From positions 1 through 37,623 of the forward strand of contig JAQGDQ010001506.1 in assembly GCA_030141605.1 (NCBI GenBank): a DNA stretch of 37,623 bases, written 5' to 3'. Shown here in pieces: positions 25,540 through 37,623 of the stretch. The notes beneath the pieces are model-generated. The model worked only from the letters and a program-made list of their open reading frames with translations, did not search any database and was not told the DNA's origin. Position numbers and translations under genes: made by a program. The first letter of the stretch is position 1. The number at the start of each line of letters is the position of its first letter. This DNA comes from Tubiluchus corallicola. Its lineage: Eukaryota; Animalia; Priapulida.

Positions 25540-26114
25540 AGAATTAGCAAATGATATTGTTATTTCAACACAAAGGAAAATGTATTTCAAACTGTTTTTC
25601 GGTTGACATTTGAGTGGTCTGCTAATCTTTATTTTGATAGTCTTTATTGTGGTCCTTTGTTGGTGGTGGTCTTTTGATCGGTGGTCCTTTGTCTGGTGGT
25701 CTTTTGATTGACTGTCTTTTGACTTACACCCATATTGAAAGGGGTTTAGCTAAGTGGTAACGCCAGGCGACAGAGTAACCCTAGCCTTGTATATGCAGTA
25801 CCCCATTTCTTTGTTGTAGAAGATCTTAATATTTTATGGTAGACTTGTACACAGGTAATATATAAAATGATGCAATTTTTGGCCTTAAAGTGCACATCGA
25901 CTTGTACATATGGTCGATTTGTACACAGGTAATATATAAAATGATGCAATTTTTGGTCTTAAAAGCCACATCGACTTGTACATAAGGTCGACTTGTACAC
26001 AGGTAATATATAAAATGATGCAATTTTTGGTTTTAAAATGCACATCGACTTGTACACACGTGTATACGGTACATTTTGCTTTGTGTTGAAATAATTATAT
26101 TATTTGCTAATTCT
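25540..26114. repeat. 44-bp inverted repeats enclosing 15-bp GGTCYTTTG repeats and a ~74-bp x3 tandem repeat; probable DNA-transposon debris
   Basis: AGAATTAGCAAATGATATTGTTATTTCAACACAAAGGAAAATGT (~25540-25584) is inverted at 26071-26114. Unit GACTTGTACACAGGTAATATATAAAATGATGCAATTTTTGG... repeats at 25841-26058. Confidence 0.65.
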
Positions 26115-26480
26115 ATTACGCATGATTAAAAAAGGTTCTTACCTGCTCTAAAGTTACAAGTTACCTCATCTAAATGTTTAACACTTCACACCTGAGAATT
26201 AAGAAACAGCAACACTACGACATTACGAGTACAAAAACCAGCCAGAAGAAATGAAAGAAATTAATAATCATTCATCGCGTTTATTGAATCTTCAAAGTAA
26301 TTGACCCGAACATAATGTAGCCGAAATCATATCATTTGCATCACACAAGCACGTACACATAAGCGGTTTAATCAGAATATAACTATTGTAGCAGTAAGAA
26401 AGAAGAATATTGAATTATATCCTCCACTGCCCAGATTATGATTAAAGAACAATACAACGGTTGATCGACCCCTGCTAATG

Positions 26481-26632
26481 TATAAAAGCGAAATGCACAG
26501 CTTTAATTAGAATATTCAAATATGTTTATTTTGTGAGTCTCGGTTGAATTTCTATACTTACTATTTACTTCTACTTTCGAATACTTCTTCAAACGTTAAT
26601 GAATTTGGTTGGAAACAAATGGATGCTTAGTG
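26481..26632 (+). promoter_or_regulatory. Candidate TATA box and non-coding first exon of the CAP gene
   Basis: TATAAAAG at 26481, donor TG|GTAAGT at 26633, and an unused acceptor (TTTATTGCAG, 27890) upstream of the CAP ATG. Confidence 0.35.
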
Positions 26633-26806
26633 GTAAGTGTATTGATTCGAAGCATGTGTTTTCGCTTATTTTTACGTATCTTTCATACTAAGCCTTGTAA
26701 CTCTTGTAACTCGTGTTCGTAAGAGAAAAATGCCAAAATGTTGAAATTCGATGAAAATTTAGGAATTTACGTCGCATAATTTAATACCGATCTTTGTTGG
26801 TTCATA

Positions 26807-27344
26807 CGAGTCGGATTTGCGGGGGGGGGGGGCAATTGCCTCGGGCCCCAGAGAAACGACTTTCTTTATTGACACGATGTCACTACAATTACAAAACACC
26901 ACATAGATTGATTTCAGCATGAGCTATGCTAATGTCAGGAATTCACGTCATGTAATTTGATATCAAACTTTGCTTGTTCATTTAGAGTCTCATTGGGCCC
27001 CCGAGCTAAAAACTTTCTTTATGATGATTATAAAATTGGTTTTATCATTAAAATAATTAAGAAAGTGCGTGGGAGTACCACAAAATGGAAAGACAGTCTT
27101 ATCATGTTTAGATAAACACTGGCTTATATTACAAACTGAAAATTTGCAGTTAAAGTTAAAATTCAGTTAATAAATTTGAATAAAATAAAATCTGAAGATT
27201 TCGTCTCTTGCTAACGTAAATATTTTTTTCGAATAAATGAGGTTTATTATTCATTTTAGATCATTTTCTAATTGCCATGTAATTTAATTTTTACTTTGAT
27301 GGGACCCCCGAGCTCGAATTTCCTGGGGTCTAAATCCTGCCCGA
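26807..27344. mobile_element. Degenerate hAT-like MITE
   Basis: Ends CGAGTCGGATTT and AAATCCTGCCCGA, internal GGGCCCC motifs, and flanks GGTTCATA / ACTTCATA (6/8) as a possible TSD. Confidence 0.45.
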
Positions 27345-27921
27345 ACTTCATACTAAACTAAATTCAATTCAATTTTTACAATTCAATTTCAATTCAAATT
27401 TTTAATAAGATCATGTAAAATACAAATCCAGTACTAAAATGAAATAAAACACCACGAAATAAAAAAATTACAAGATTAAAATGTAAATACCAGGGTTAGT
27501 AAATTAAAAGCTAAATAAATTTTAGAAAATAATTATATAATATTTCATTTCACCAAAAAAGCAAAAAAAAATTAAGTAATGCATAGTATTGAGGGACTGT
27601 AATTTTGTAAAAATTCGATTGTTTGATTCTGGTTGTTGACTAAGCTGTCTAATGAGGCCACTCCATTGCATTTTACTCGTTCGAAACAGTAATGGTAAGA
27701 AGTTTCTATAAAATCACAGTAGCTACATTTAGTAAGAAATTTCTAATTAAATGGTGTGTTTTCGAATGAAGATAATGAATGTACATGTGTTACTAAATAT
27801 GGCGTTAGCTCAATCATTATTGTATCGATAATCGATTTGATTCGTTATGACTGTGCTGCATCTTAATTATTATTGCTTACTTTATTGCAGAGCTTTCAGG
27901 ATAAATACTACGCGAACCATC

Positions 27922-29182
27922 ATGAATTTTTCAATTTTGGCCTCTGTCCTTCTAGCAGGTAAGAAAATCACAGAGCTGATGAAAAATGTGTAGAGAACTT
28001 GCCAGCTAAGTGAGCTTATCGTTTTATGATTTTAGAGTTATCAGACTGAATACGTTATTTATTTATTTATATATATATTTATTTATTTACTTATTTATTT
28101 GTTTATTCATTTTCTTGTTTATTTATTTATATGTTTGTTTATTTCTTTATTTACTTACTTAGTCATTTATTTATTTATTTGTGTATTTGCATTTTTGTTT
28201 ATTTATTGATTTATATAAAATGACTTTATATATTTCGATGTTAGAAAGTCTGCGTGTGCTGTATAGATAGTTGTATCATCGGCATATTGTGTTAAGTCTG
28301 AATTATGTAAAACTAAATGAATTTTATTAACGTATAAACAAAATAGTAAAGGACCTAATATCGTACCTTGCGGGATGCCTCTCTGTGGTGTGTCCCATGT
28401 TGAAAAAGTGTGTTTGTTCAGCTTGACTCCTTGGTTTCTATTGTGTAGGTAATTGTTAATTAGTTAGAGAGAAGTATAATCGAATCCTAGTTGGCGTAAG
28501 TTGTCTAGTAGTAAATTGTGATCGAGGCTGTCAAAAGCTTTACTTAGATCTAAAAATGCTGCTGTTATATATTTATTTTTATTTAAGTTGTAACGCCACT
28601 TTTCAGTGGCATCAGTTATTGCGTCTATTGTAGAATGTAGTTTTCTAAATCCGAATTGATGATTTGACAGTAACTTACTATTTTCAATGTAATGGTTTAT
28701 TTGGTTGTAGAAAACTCTTTCAAATGCTTTGGCTTGTACATGCACTACTGAAATTGGTCTGTAGTTTTTAGCGTCAACTTTAGCATCTTTCTTGTTTATT
28801 GGAGTTACGCAAGCTGAGGGTACGTACAATGCTGTGACAGGGCTGAGGGTATGAGGGTACATTGATGTCGTGATGAACTTTTCCTTATGAGCGATGCTGA
28901 TAAATTTTGCTCTCCGATGGGAAGCAGTGATTTGGAAGTAATTAAGGAATTTATTGATTATGTTTAAAAAGCGTTTTTAAGACACGATGAACAATACACT
29001 ATGTAATGATCATATCATTGAAAATATGGCAAGGTTAGTGACAATCTATTTTAATTGCTGATCATTAAACTCTTCATTTAAATAACTAAATTAGCTAACA
29101 GGAGCGATTTAATAATTTTTGTCTTATCAGTAATTGTTTGTTTGTCTGCAGTGTAGCTGTATTTCAAAATTGAAATTCTACG

Positions 29183-29214
<32 letters not shown>

Positions 29215-29233
29215 TGTGTGTGTGTGTGTGTGT

Positions 29234-29332
<99 letters not shown>

Positions 29333-32300
29333 TTTATTTAAAATTTAAAATTGTACGCATATACAATTATGTATGTATGTATGTATGTATGTATGTATGT
29401 ATGTATGTATGTATGTATGTATGTATGTATGTATGTATGTATGTATGTATGTATGTATGTATGTATGTATGTATGTACGTACGTATGTATGTATGTATGT
29501 ATGTATGTGTGCGTGTATGTATGTATGTGTGTGTGTATGTATGTATGTATGTATGTGTGTATGTGTATGTATGTATGTATGTATGTATGTATGTATGTAT
29601 GTATGTATGTATGTATGTATGTATGTATGTATGTATGTATGTATGTATGTATGTATGTATGTATGTATGTATGTATGTATGTATGTATGTTTGTATGTAT
29701 GTTTGTATGTATGTTTGTATGTATGTTTGTATGTTTGTATGTTTGTATGTTTGTATGTTTGTATGTATGTTTGTTTGTATGTATGTATGTTTATTTGGTT
29801 GTAGATAACTATTTCAAATACTTTAGCTAGTACATTCTCTACTGAAATTGGTCTGCAGTTTTAGCGTCATCTTTAGCATCTTTCTTGTGTGTTGGAGTTA
29901 TGTTTGCTTGTTTACACACTGCTGGAAATTCTGAGCGCACTAAGACTTGGTTTGTGATATACGTTAGATGAGGAGTAATGGTGCTGCCACAGCCTTTAAA
30001 GGTTTTTATTGACATGTCTGTGGGTCCACTTCCTTTATTTATGTTTAAACTGTTTAATATCCTAAAGATTTTGTATTTGGTGATGCTAGTAAATGAGAAA
30101 GTGGATTGTGTTACTGATTGGTTTTGTATATATTGTGTATATTTGCATTATGTTGGCGTGGCAAGTTGTCAAATTTTCCGAGATTGATAAATGTGGAATT
30201 TAATTTGCTAGCAATGTCAACTGGATCAGATGACGTACTGTCATTTTCTCGTAAACTGTTTATTTCTAATTGATCGTTTCTGTATCTGTTAAGTACGTCA
30301 TTGGTACGTCATTTGTTTAGGTGTAGTTGCATCATTACATTTATTAGTATAATATTTATTTTTGAATTTCCTATTGTAGTTATTAAATTTAATTCGTGTC
30401 TTTTTCTAATTATTGTAATTTCGTTTTCTGTGGCAGCCATTTTGAGAAATTTATTTCGTGTCTTTTTGTAATTATCGTAATTTCGTTTTCTGTGGCAGCC
30501 ATTTTGAGAATGGCGGGCATTTTTGAAATGAAAGTAACATAAATGGATTTCTTATATCCAGCCACCATGGAATAGATGTCATAATCGCATTACTGCCACA
30601 CTAAACTTTGACAGCACGATAGGTTTCTTTGATGTAATAATTTACCCCCTAGCAAAAGGTTATCCTGTATAATTATGACCCTAGGCCTACACGTATTTGT
30701 TCTGTGCAATGGGCCTATGATAATGTCCATAAAACAGAGAATTACTGATTTAAAATTGCAAATTAAAAAGAAATGTTCAGGCTACATTTATAATGTTAAT
30801 ATTGAGTTATCGATGTCAAAATACAGCAATTTTTTATTAAGTTACGAAAAGGTCATCATATGTCTGGGCATCAAAAATTTACAATTGATAATAAGAATTG
30901 TCAACAATGAGCTAAAATTCGCCTTGTATTAGTGCTTAGGAAGTGCAAATTTAGTACCATTTCGTTATTCGAATAACTTTGTGAAAATCAATCCTCCATT
31001 GGTTGCCATGTTTAATCTGACAGGGTTGTCATGTTTAATCTAGCAAGGTTGCCATGTTTAAACTAACAGGGTTGTCATGTTTAATCTAACAAGGTTGCCA
31101 TGTTTAATCTAACAGGGTTGCCATGTTTAATCTAACAGGATTGCCATGTTTAATCTAACAGGTTGCCATGTTTAATCTAACAGGATTGCCATGTTTAATC
31201 TAACACGATTGCCATGTTTCATCTAACAGGGTTGCCATGTTTAATCTAACAGGATTGCCATGTTTAATCTAACAGGGTTGCCATGTTTAATCTAACAGGG
31301 TTGCCATGTTTAATGGCGCAACTAAGTGCGGATGACATAGAACTCGTTCTAGAGGAGCATAATCGATACAGAAGAGACCTTCCAGCTGTTGCAGACGATG
31401 AAAAACCAGCTGCAAATATGTTAAAAATGGTAAGTGTATGTGCTGATTCAAACTTGTATTGCCCCCTCTTTTCTGCTATAAATTGGTTTCCTTTTAAACA
31501 GGTCATGTGACCGGTCTTTTACCTGTACACTTACCTGTAGATTGGAGTAACTCAGGCATTCACACACTGCAGTTGCCGGTTGTTTAGCGTCATTCGTTGA
31601 TTCGTTGTTATAATTTCATAATTGCACTTATAGAAGATCACCATGTAAGTTGATTTATTAATTTCTTAAATCTTAAACCTTTGTTTATTAAAGAGACTAG
31701 AGATTAAATTTTATAATTTGCGTAAAACTTTGTTAAAGTTAATTAGATCAATTTGGTTTAGATTTCGCCGTAAAATTGAGCAAAATTATATAAAATTATC
31801 TTATTTGTTTTCAGATTAAACGATACAAGCTACAAAATTGTTAGGAGCTATTACACTTTCGCACCGCCTAGTTTTTTCTAGGTTATTACTCGTTTCTAGG
31901 CTCGTAGGTCGTTATTATATTACTCTCACGTCATCAGTGAATGTTTCCGCTAATCTCGTGGTAATCTACTCATATATTTAGTGTATAATTACCAATAATT
32001 ACGTTGTATTCACAGTTCTACACTATACAGTTCGTATCGCCCTCTTGTTTGTGTTGTAGTCACGTGACAAATTTCGTACTAGTTTATGCATTATCAGGGC
32101 CTAGCTTAAAAGGCACGTGACACACTTTCATCTTGACCGCATTTACGAAATAAAGAAAAAACCTTTACTTTTTTATAATCTAATAGTAATAGAACTACAG
32201 TAATAAATAAAATTAATGATAAATAACTGTAGTGGCCTAAAATACTTTCCTCGTAAATGCCAGCTTGGGTCTGACTATACACTGGGTCTGACAGAGAAAC

Positions 32301-35105
32301 AAAAAATTCGGCAAGTCTTTGAAGAAAAGACAATGACTGGCACATGATTATAATGGCATTTTAGGTTTATATACTCATTATCACCACCATTATTGCAATG
32401 TTATTTTTATCGTTATCGTTATCACTACCACTATTCTGATGCTATCGAAACAGCGAAAATACTGCGATAAATATTTTACATTAATATATTTGATGTAGCG
32501 AGGGAACACTGTAATACGATACAAACTCTCGTGGTTGCAACCCTATTAATCATAAACTATGCAAAGAAACTAAAAATACATCTTAAGGGCCACATCGTCA
32601 CTGCGCGAGAGCGATTGCGCATTAGTGGTGTGAACACAGTTATTCACGTGGAGCTTTTTGCGTGTTGGTGACGGTAAGTAATGTATGATTTTAATCTGGA
32701 AGTGTAAGGTCTAAAAACCAATAATATTATGGGAATATGGTGTATATTACGCCTGTTGGTCTGCTTTCTGGCCTGCAGGCGTGAAAACAACCAATAGGTC
32801 AGAAAAAACTAGGCGGTGCAAAAGTGTAATAGCGCCCAATTGTTGTTAGAGATTTTTTATAAGAAGGTAGCACAGTGTATAAAAAAAGCTCTAGTCTTTT
32901 TAGTCAGAATGTGCATACATGACTTGTCTGATGAATTGCAATTAGATGTTTTTTCATTCTGTATTCCGTACGCCAAATATTCATTATACCTGTTTCATCA
33001 TCATCATCTAATGAATCACACGTCCAGTGACATGATTCTGTTCACCTCCCTATGCCAGGACTCTCTGCTCGCCGCAATGCCCCAAGTGCATTTATTTCCA
33101 AGAATCTTTCTGTGTTTAAATCTTTCTGTGCAAACTCTAAATGTGTTAACATTTGTCCTTCTGCAGGTTTTTTAGCTAGTTCTATACCTGTTTCATGCAC
33201 TATTATCCATTCAGACAATCACGTGCTACTATAAACAATATGTGTCGCCACCTACAGGTAGTACATTATACCCCTAGTTTGAACAATGTATAATAATATA
33301 ATAAGTAACTTATGCCTGTTTGTTAGTTTAAACATAATTTATTTAGGATTAGATCAGACAGTTGGAACAACATGCCTGTTTGTTCAATTTCGTTGTTACC
33401 TTTTGTAGAGATGGAACACAGAAGCTGCAAATTTTGCACAGCAACACGTCGAGAAATGCACGTTCCTAGCCAGCACTGATGAAGAAAGGATGAACATATC
33501 ACGTGCGTACTTTAATAACTTATTACTTATTTACTTTCGCAAGCACTTACTAAATTTCTTACTGATCCTATAATTACAAGCTTGGCTTGCGATGTTCGCG
33601 AATTTCATTTAAAGCAGCTGCCGAAATATTTTTAGACAGCAAACTCAAGTTGAACTGATAACTCAGACGATTTACACTAATGTGCAAAGACATTTATTTT
33701 GCTGATATACCTCATTTCTTGAAAAGCTCTTGACAAAATTCTGTTTCTGTTGTGTATGTGCTAGTTGAATGCGTCCACAATTAATTTTGTTAATGAAAGA
33801 ATACAGACGCTTCTAAGTTTAATGGATACTACCTTAAAAAAAGAAAATTAAATTTTAAGTTTTTTTAGCTTTTGAAAAACGGAGGTCCCGTTTTTGCTTC
33901 CTTCGTTGCTATTCGTTGTTACTGATAATTTGGCTGTGTACACAGTAGGTTGCCATTGTTTACTTATTACATATCTAAAAAGCGAATACGGTAAAAATAG
34001 TCAGTAAAATGACATAACCCATGCCAAACTTCACAAGTTAAAGCACAAGAAAACCCTCCACTTACATAAAGCTAAAAAAATTCGTCTGGAAATTTTATAC
34101 CACTTACATACTACCTTTTTGTATGCAGTACTTGCATCAGCCGTAACGCTGTATAAAACGTGTAAATTTAAACTTCCGCGATGACCGTTAGGCGCAGCCA
34201 TTTTAATGGTAGCGCGTTTGAAACAAGTTTTGATCATTAATGATAACATTAAGTAAAATTTGAAAAAATAATTAGAGCATTGTAGCATACATGTTGCTAA
34301 TTAAGTGAAATTTTAAATTACAGTATTTTGTCAATAAGATTAAAAATACGTTTTTTGGTTTGTGAGTGGTGCACCCTGGAGGTGAGACAATAACATTTTA
34401 CCAATTGGCACAAACATTTTAAACTATTAGTCTAGTTACTTTCCAGTAGGCACGCGATAAGGCAAGTAATACAGATTTGCACGGAAAGTTTTTTGGGTCA
34501 TAATTTAACATTGCCTTTTCTTCCCCCGATTTACGTGTTTTAGTGACGTCATGTAATGGCGCCGTCGGAACAGTATTGTGGGAGATTTAAAATGAAAACA
34601 AACGAGAATTCCTTTCAACTTGAATACGATATGTACATAAAATGCTGTAAAGGAGGGTAATTTTTAAGGCGATTTTCTGAAACCTACTTCAGGTGCCCCT
34701 TTTCTTGTCCTTTAAATAATTGGCATGTGGCAGCAAATCATGGCATCAAATTACGATTGATGCTACGTTATCTAATGAAAGCACCTAAGATGATGTCATG
34801 AAACTGCAAGCAAAACATTTTAACAAATTTCACACAAATTAACAGTCAAATCTCGAGTTCAGTTTAACCGCTTGAGCAACAGTTCAAGCTCAACTTAATT
34901 GTTTCTCTGTCTTCGCAACTTCAACATTTTTGTCAGACTGTCGGTGAATCTGTATTTTTTCTTAGCTGAATACTCGTACTGTGGGGAAAGTCTAACGAGA
35001 GCTAGAACACTAGATTTGGAAGGAGTGATAAAACGTTTCTACGCCGAAGTGCGGAATTTTTCATGGGGAGTGGCAACAACTGCTGTCGTCGGCCGTTTTA
35101 CGCAG
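27922..35105 (+). CDS. CAP superfamily (SCP/CRISP/antigen 5-like) secreted protein, 5' partial, multi-exon
   Basis: Exons 27922-27958, 31299-31429, 33409-33502 and 34966-35105 (GT/AG, phases 1,0,1,0) give MNFSILASVLLAGLPCLMA-QLSADDIELVLEEHNRYRRDLPAVADDEKPAANMLKMRWNTEAANFAQQHVEKCTFLASTDEERMNISPEYSYCGESLTRARTLDLEGVIKRFYAEVRNFSWGVATTAVVGRFTQ. CAP hallmarks: HNxxR, AxNMxxMxW, CGE(N/S)L, VVG(H/R)FTQ. The next exon (VW...GC) was not found in the window. Confidence 0.88.
28210..28812 (-). mobile_element. LINE (CR1/L2-type) reverse transcriptase fragment, pseudogenised
   Basis: NYRPIS...AKAFER...QFGFRKLHST...AFLDLSKAFDSLDH, an in-frame stop, then GIPQGTILGPLLFCLYVN...QYADDTTIY. Confidence 0.92.
29182..29790. 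repeat. (GT)n/(TAT)n/(GTAT)n microsatellite block containing a ~40-bp LINE tail
   Basis: Direct inspection; 29330-29366 matches the (TAA)n LINE tail at 19833. Confidence 0.95.
29791..30300 (-). mobile_element. LINE fragment upstream of and overlapping the RT start, same family as 28210-28812
   Basis: Encodes GPTDMSIKTFKGCGSTITPHLTYITNQVLVRSEFPAVCKQANITPTHKK; 29791-29900 is a diverged copy of 28697-28807. Confidence 0.8.
31001..31314 (+). repeat. 23-bp minisatellite (13 units plus a partial) spanning the CAP intron 1/exon 2 junction
   Basis: Unit GGTTGCCATGTTTAATCTAACAG; the last AG (31297-31298) is the in-frame acceptor. Confidence 0.95.
31844..32836. mobile_element. Non-autonomous DNA transposon (~1 kb) with ~36-bp TIRs, PIF/Harbinger-like
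   Basis: GGAGCTATTACACTTTCGCACCGCCTAGTTTTTTCT ... AGAAAAAACTAGGCGGTGCAAAAGTGTAATAGCGCC, preceded by TTA. Confidence 0.8.
32999..33182 (-). mobile_element. 5'-truncated RTE-like LINE insertion with a 14-bp target-site duplication
   Basis: TATACCTGTTTCAT at 32985-32998 and 33183-33196. The minus strand ends WGIAASRESWHREV...* followed by a (GAT)n tail. Confidence 0.75.
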
Positions 35106-35196
35106 GTAAGTTTGAAAGCTTAGGCATTGTTTGTCATTGTTTAATAGAGAAAAACACAGTCCTTTCTTTTCATCTCCATCTCCTTCGCCTCCCCAT

Positions 35197-35752
<556 letters not shown>

Positions 35753-35899
35753 ATATAATTAAAACGTATAATTATAAGTTCATATTTTCATGCCACAATC
35801 ATTATTATGGTTACTTATTTACATTTTTCATAAATGATTATTGCCCAGCAGTATTTTTTGCCTAAGTAATAACACTAAAATAAAGTGTGGGAGTGTAAC

Positions 35900-37250
35900 T
35901 TTTGTCAATTCAAAAACTTTAGGGAGTTAATGCACAAGCTCTTTTAGCGGTTCAGTTTTTTGGAATTTTTTAGGAGGGAATACAACATCAGCTTACCGGT
36001 TTCAAGACTGTCGCTTGGCAAGGCTATTTTCATAGCTGATGCTATGATCTGAAGTCTGAAGACATGTATCAGTACCATTTTCAGATTTCCCGTTTCCTGT
36101 ATTTGCTAGTAAGTTCCGAATTTCTTCTTCGGGACATAAAACCTTTTCTTCTGTTAAACATTAGACACTATAGGCAGTATGGCTCTTTTATTTCACCTCA
36201 AAATAACATGAATAAAACAAATACTTCGTTTGCATTCGCAGCAGCTCGCATGAAAAAACGTTGCATTTCGACTTTTGATAAGAATCCATGGTTATCGCAA
36301 GGATGCACAGGATTGGTCAATCACCTTGCGGTAATATAAGGGTAGCTCTCCTGTTTATTGTCTTCACGTTGATAATCACCTGTTTTACAACAGCGTATTG
36401 AATGTGTAAAAGCGCCCTGCATTACCTGTAATAAATGTAATCAGCTGTGCACATTGGATGTACTAGAAATACACATAAACACCTGCCGAGAACACTGCAT
36501 TGTCACGCACTTGGTAATAGCGTTTTGACAACGAAAAGTTCTTGTGGCCACGCAGCCAAGGGGTTTAAGTCAAGATACATAACATCAATAACTGGCAGCA
36601 ATGGGTCACCGAACCATTCTGTCCAGCCGTTCAAGCAAGAAAGTAGATTAGTTACTGTTGATCTCTGAGGAAATAAAAATCACAATACCTCATCCCAGAG
36701 AATGGTTTTAAAGATACGACTCTTAGGTTATCGCAAGATGGGCAGGCAGAGGACTGTTTTGGGATGGGCGTGGTGTGAGAGCCCATTCAACTAAGAGGGA
36801 TACAAGATGAATCCAGGGACTTACGATGCAGCAAAAATAGTGGTAAGGCTAATTGCAACACCAAGATTTCAAGACGAAACCGTTGATATTGTCAGGTCCT
36901 GCGCTTTAAAACATTTTCAAGCAAGAAGCTTTAGGTATACATCACGCACTCAAAACTCGACATTGTTGAGGTTACTGGCATTCCAACCAGTTGATGGGAC
37001 AGGAGGTGGAATATCAAAAGGCTCAGAATTAAAGAAAGAGGCAAACATATCATTTATAGTTGATGCAACTTCTTCAGGATCTGTGATGATTTGCTCTTGC
37101 TCTTTCACAATACTGCTTACATGGATAGCTGGTTTCAAAAAACGTTTGTCATATTGGAGTTCTTTTCCATTCTTTATAACTAAAATATAAGTCTAGTGCA
37201 AGGTGCTCTTTATATCATCTTCTTGCTGACAAAATAGAAGATCGAACAAG
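35900..37250 (-). mobile_element. Heavily decayed CR1-type LINE ORF2 fragment
   Basis: IITDPEEVASTINDMFASFF (endonuclease-RT linker) and QRSTVTNLLSCLNGWTEW...IDVMYLDL (RT), with many stops and frameshifts. Boundaries are approximate. Confidence 0.7.
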
Positions 37251-37623
37251 TACTGAATTAGCTTGTTTATTTTCTTGATATGCTAATTTTAACACCCAAA
37301 AATGAACATTTGCCCTTCTGGACCCCTCCTAAGTACTAAGAGTGAGATGACCACGGGCTTTCTGAACTTTTTTTACTATTATATAATATAATATACTAAT
37401 AGTATTAGTAATAGTATTAATTATCAGGCAAGGTTTCTGCGTTTTACACTCATCTTACATCAAGGTTTCTGGGTTTTATACTCATCTTACATCAAATACT
37501 TAGCAGGTCTGACAGTAGTGCATCGGGGAAACATTTAGTTCGGTATATAAAGACTGAAACTAATAGAAACAAACCGTTTAAAAGCATCTCTGTTATCTTT
37601 CAAAGTCTGTTCGAAATTGGCTC

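Noticed and set aside
31001-31314. CRISPR-like appearance of the 23-, 30- and 69-bp arrays
   Set aside because: Head-to-tail tandem units with no unique spacers, no cas genes, and a eukaryotic context.

Overview
AT-rich, microsatellite- and transposon-rich DNA from an animal genome (probably an invertebrate; taxon not determinable), with GT-AG spliced genes. Three genes for secreted proteins can be assembled by hand. (1) The 5' half of an ecto-5'-nucleotidase/apyrase (NT5E-like) gene on the minus strand: 5 coding exons at 8812->941, running off the left edge. (2) A complete 3-exon minus-strand gene (17677->12931, 864 aa) with a signal peptide, about 30 acidic 23-aa repeats and several short cationic amphipathic segments carrying dibasic/amidation-type motifs. 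I do not recognise this family; it looks like a peptide precursor or an acidic matrix protein. (3) The 5' part of a CAP/CRISP-like gene on the plus strand: 4 coding exons at 27922->35105. Both metal-binding histidines are replaced, and its exon-2 splice acceptor is tandemly amplified 13 times as a 23-bp minisatellite. Also present are a lone phosphorylase kinase alpha-like exon (18799-18894), a 5S rRNA-headed SINE-like element, many LINE fragments, MITEs, a probable solo LTR, palindromes and long microsatellites. Family assignments are from motif recognition only; no database searches were run.
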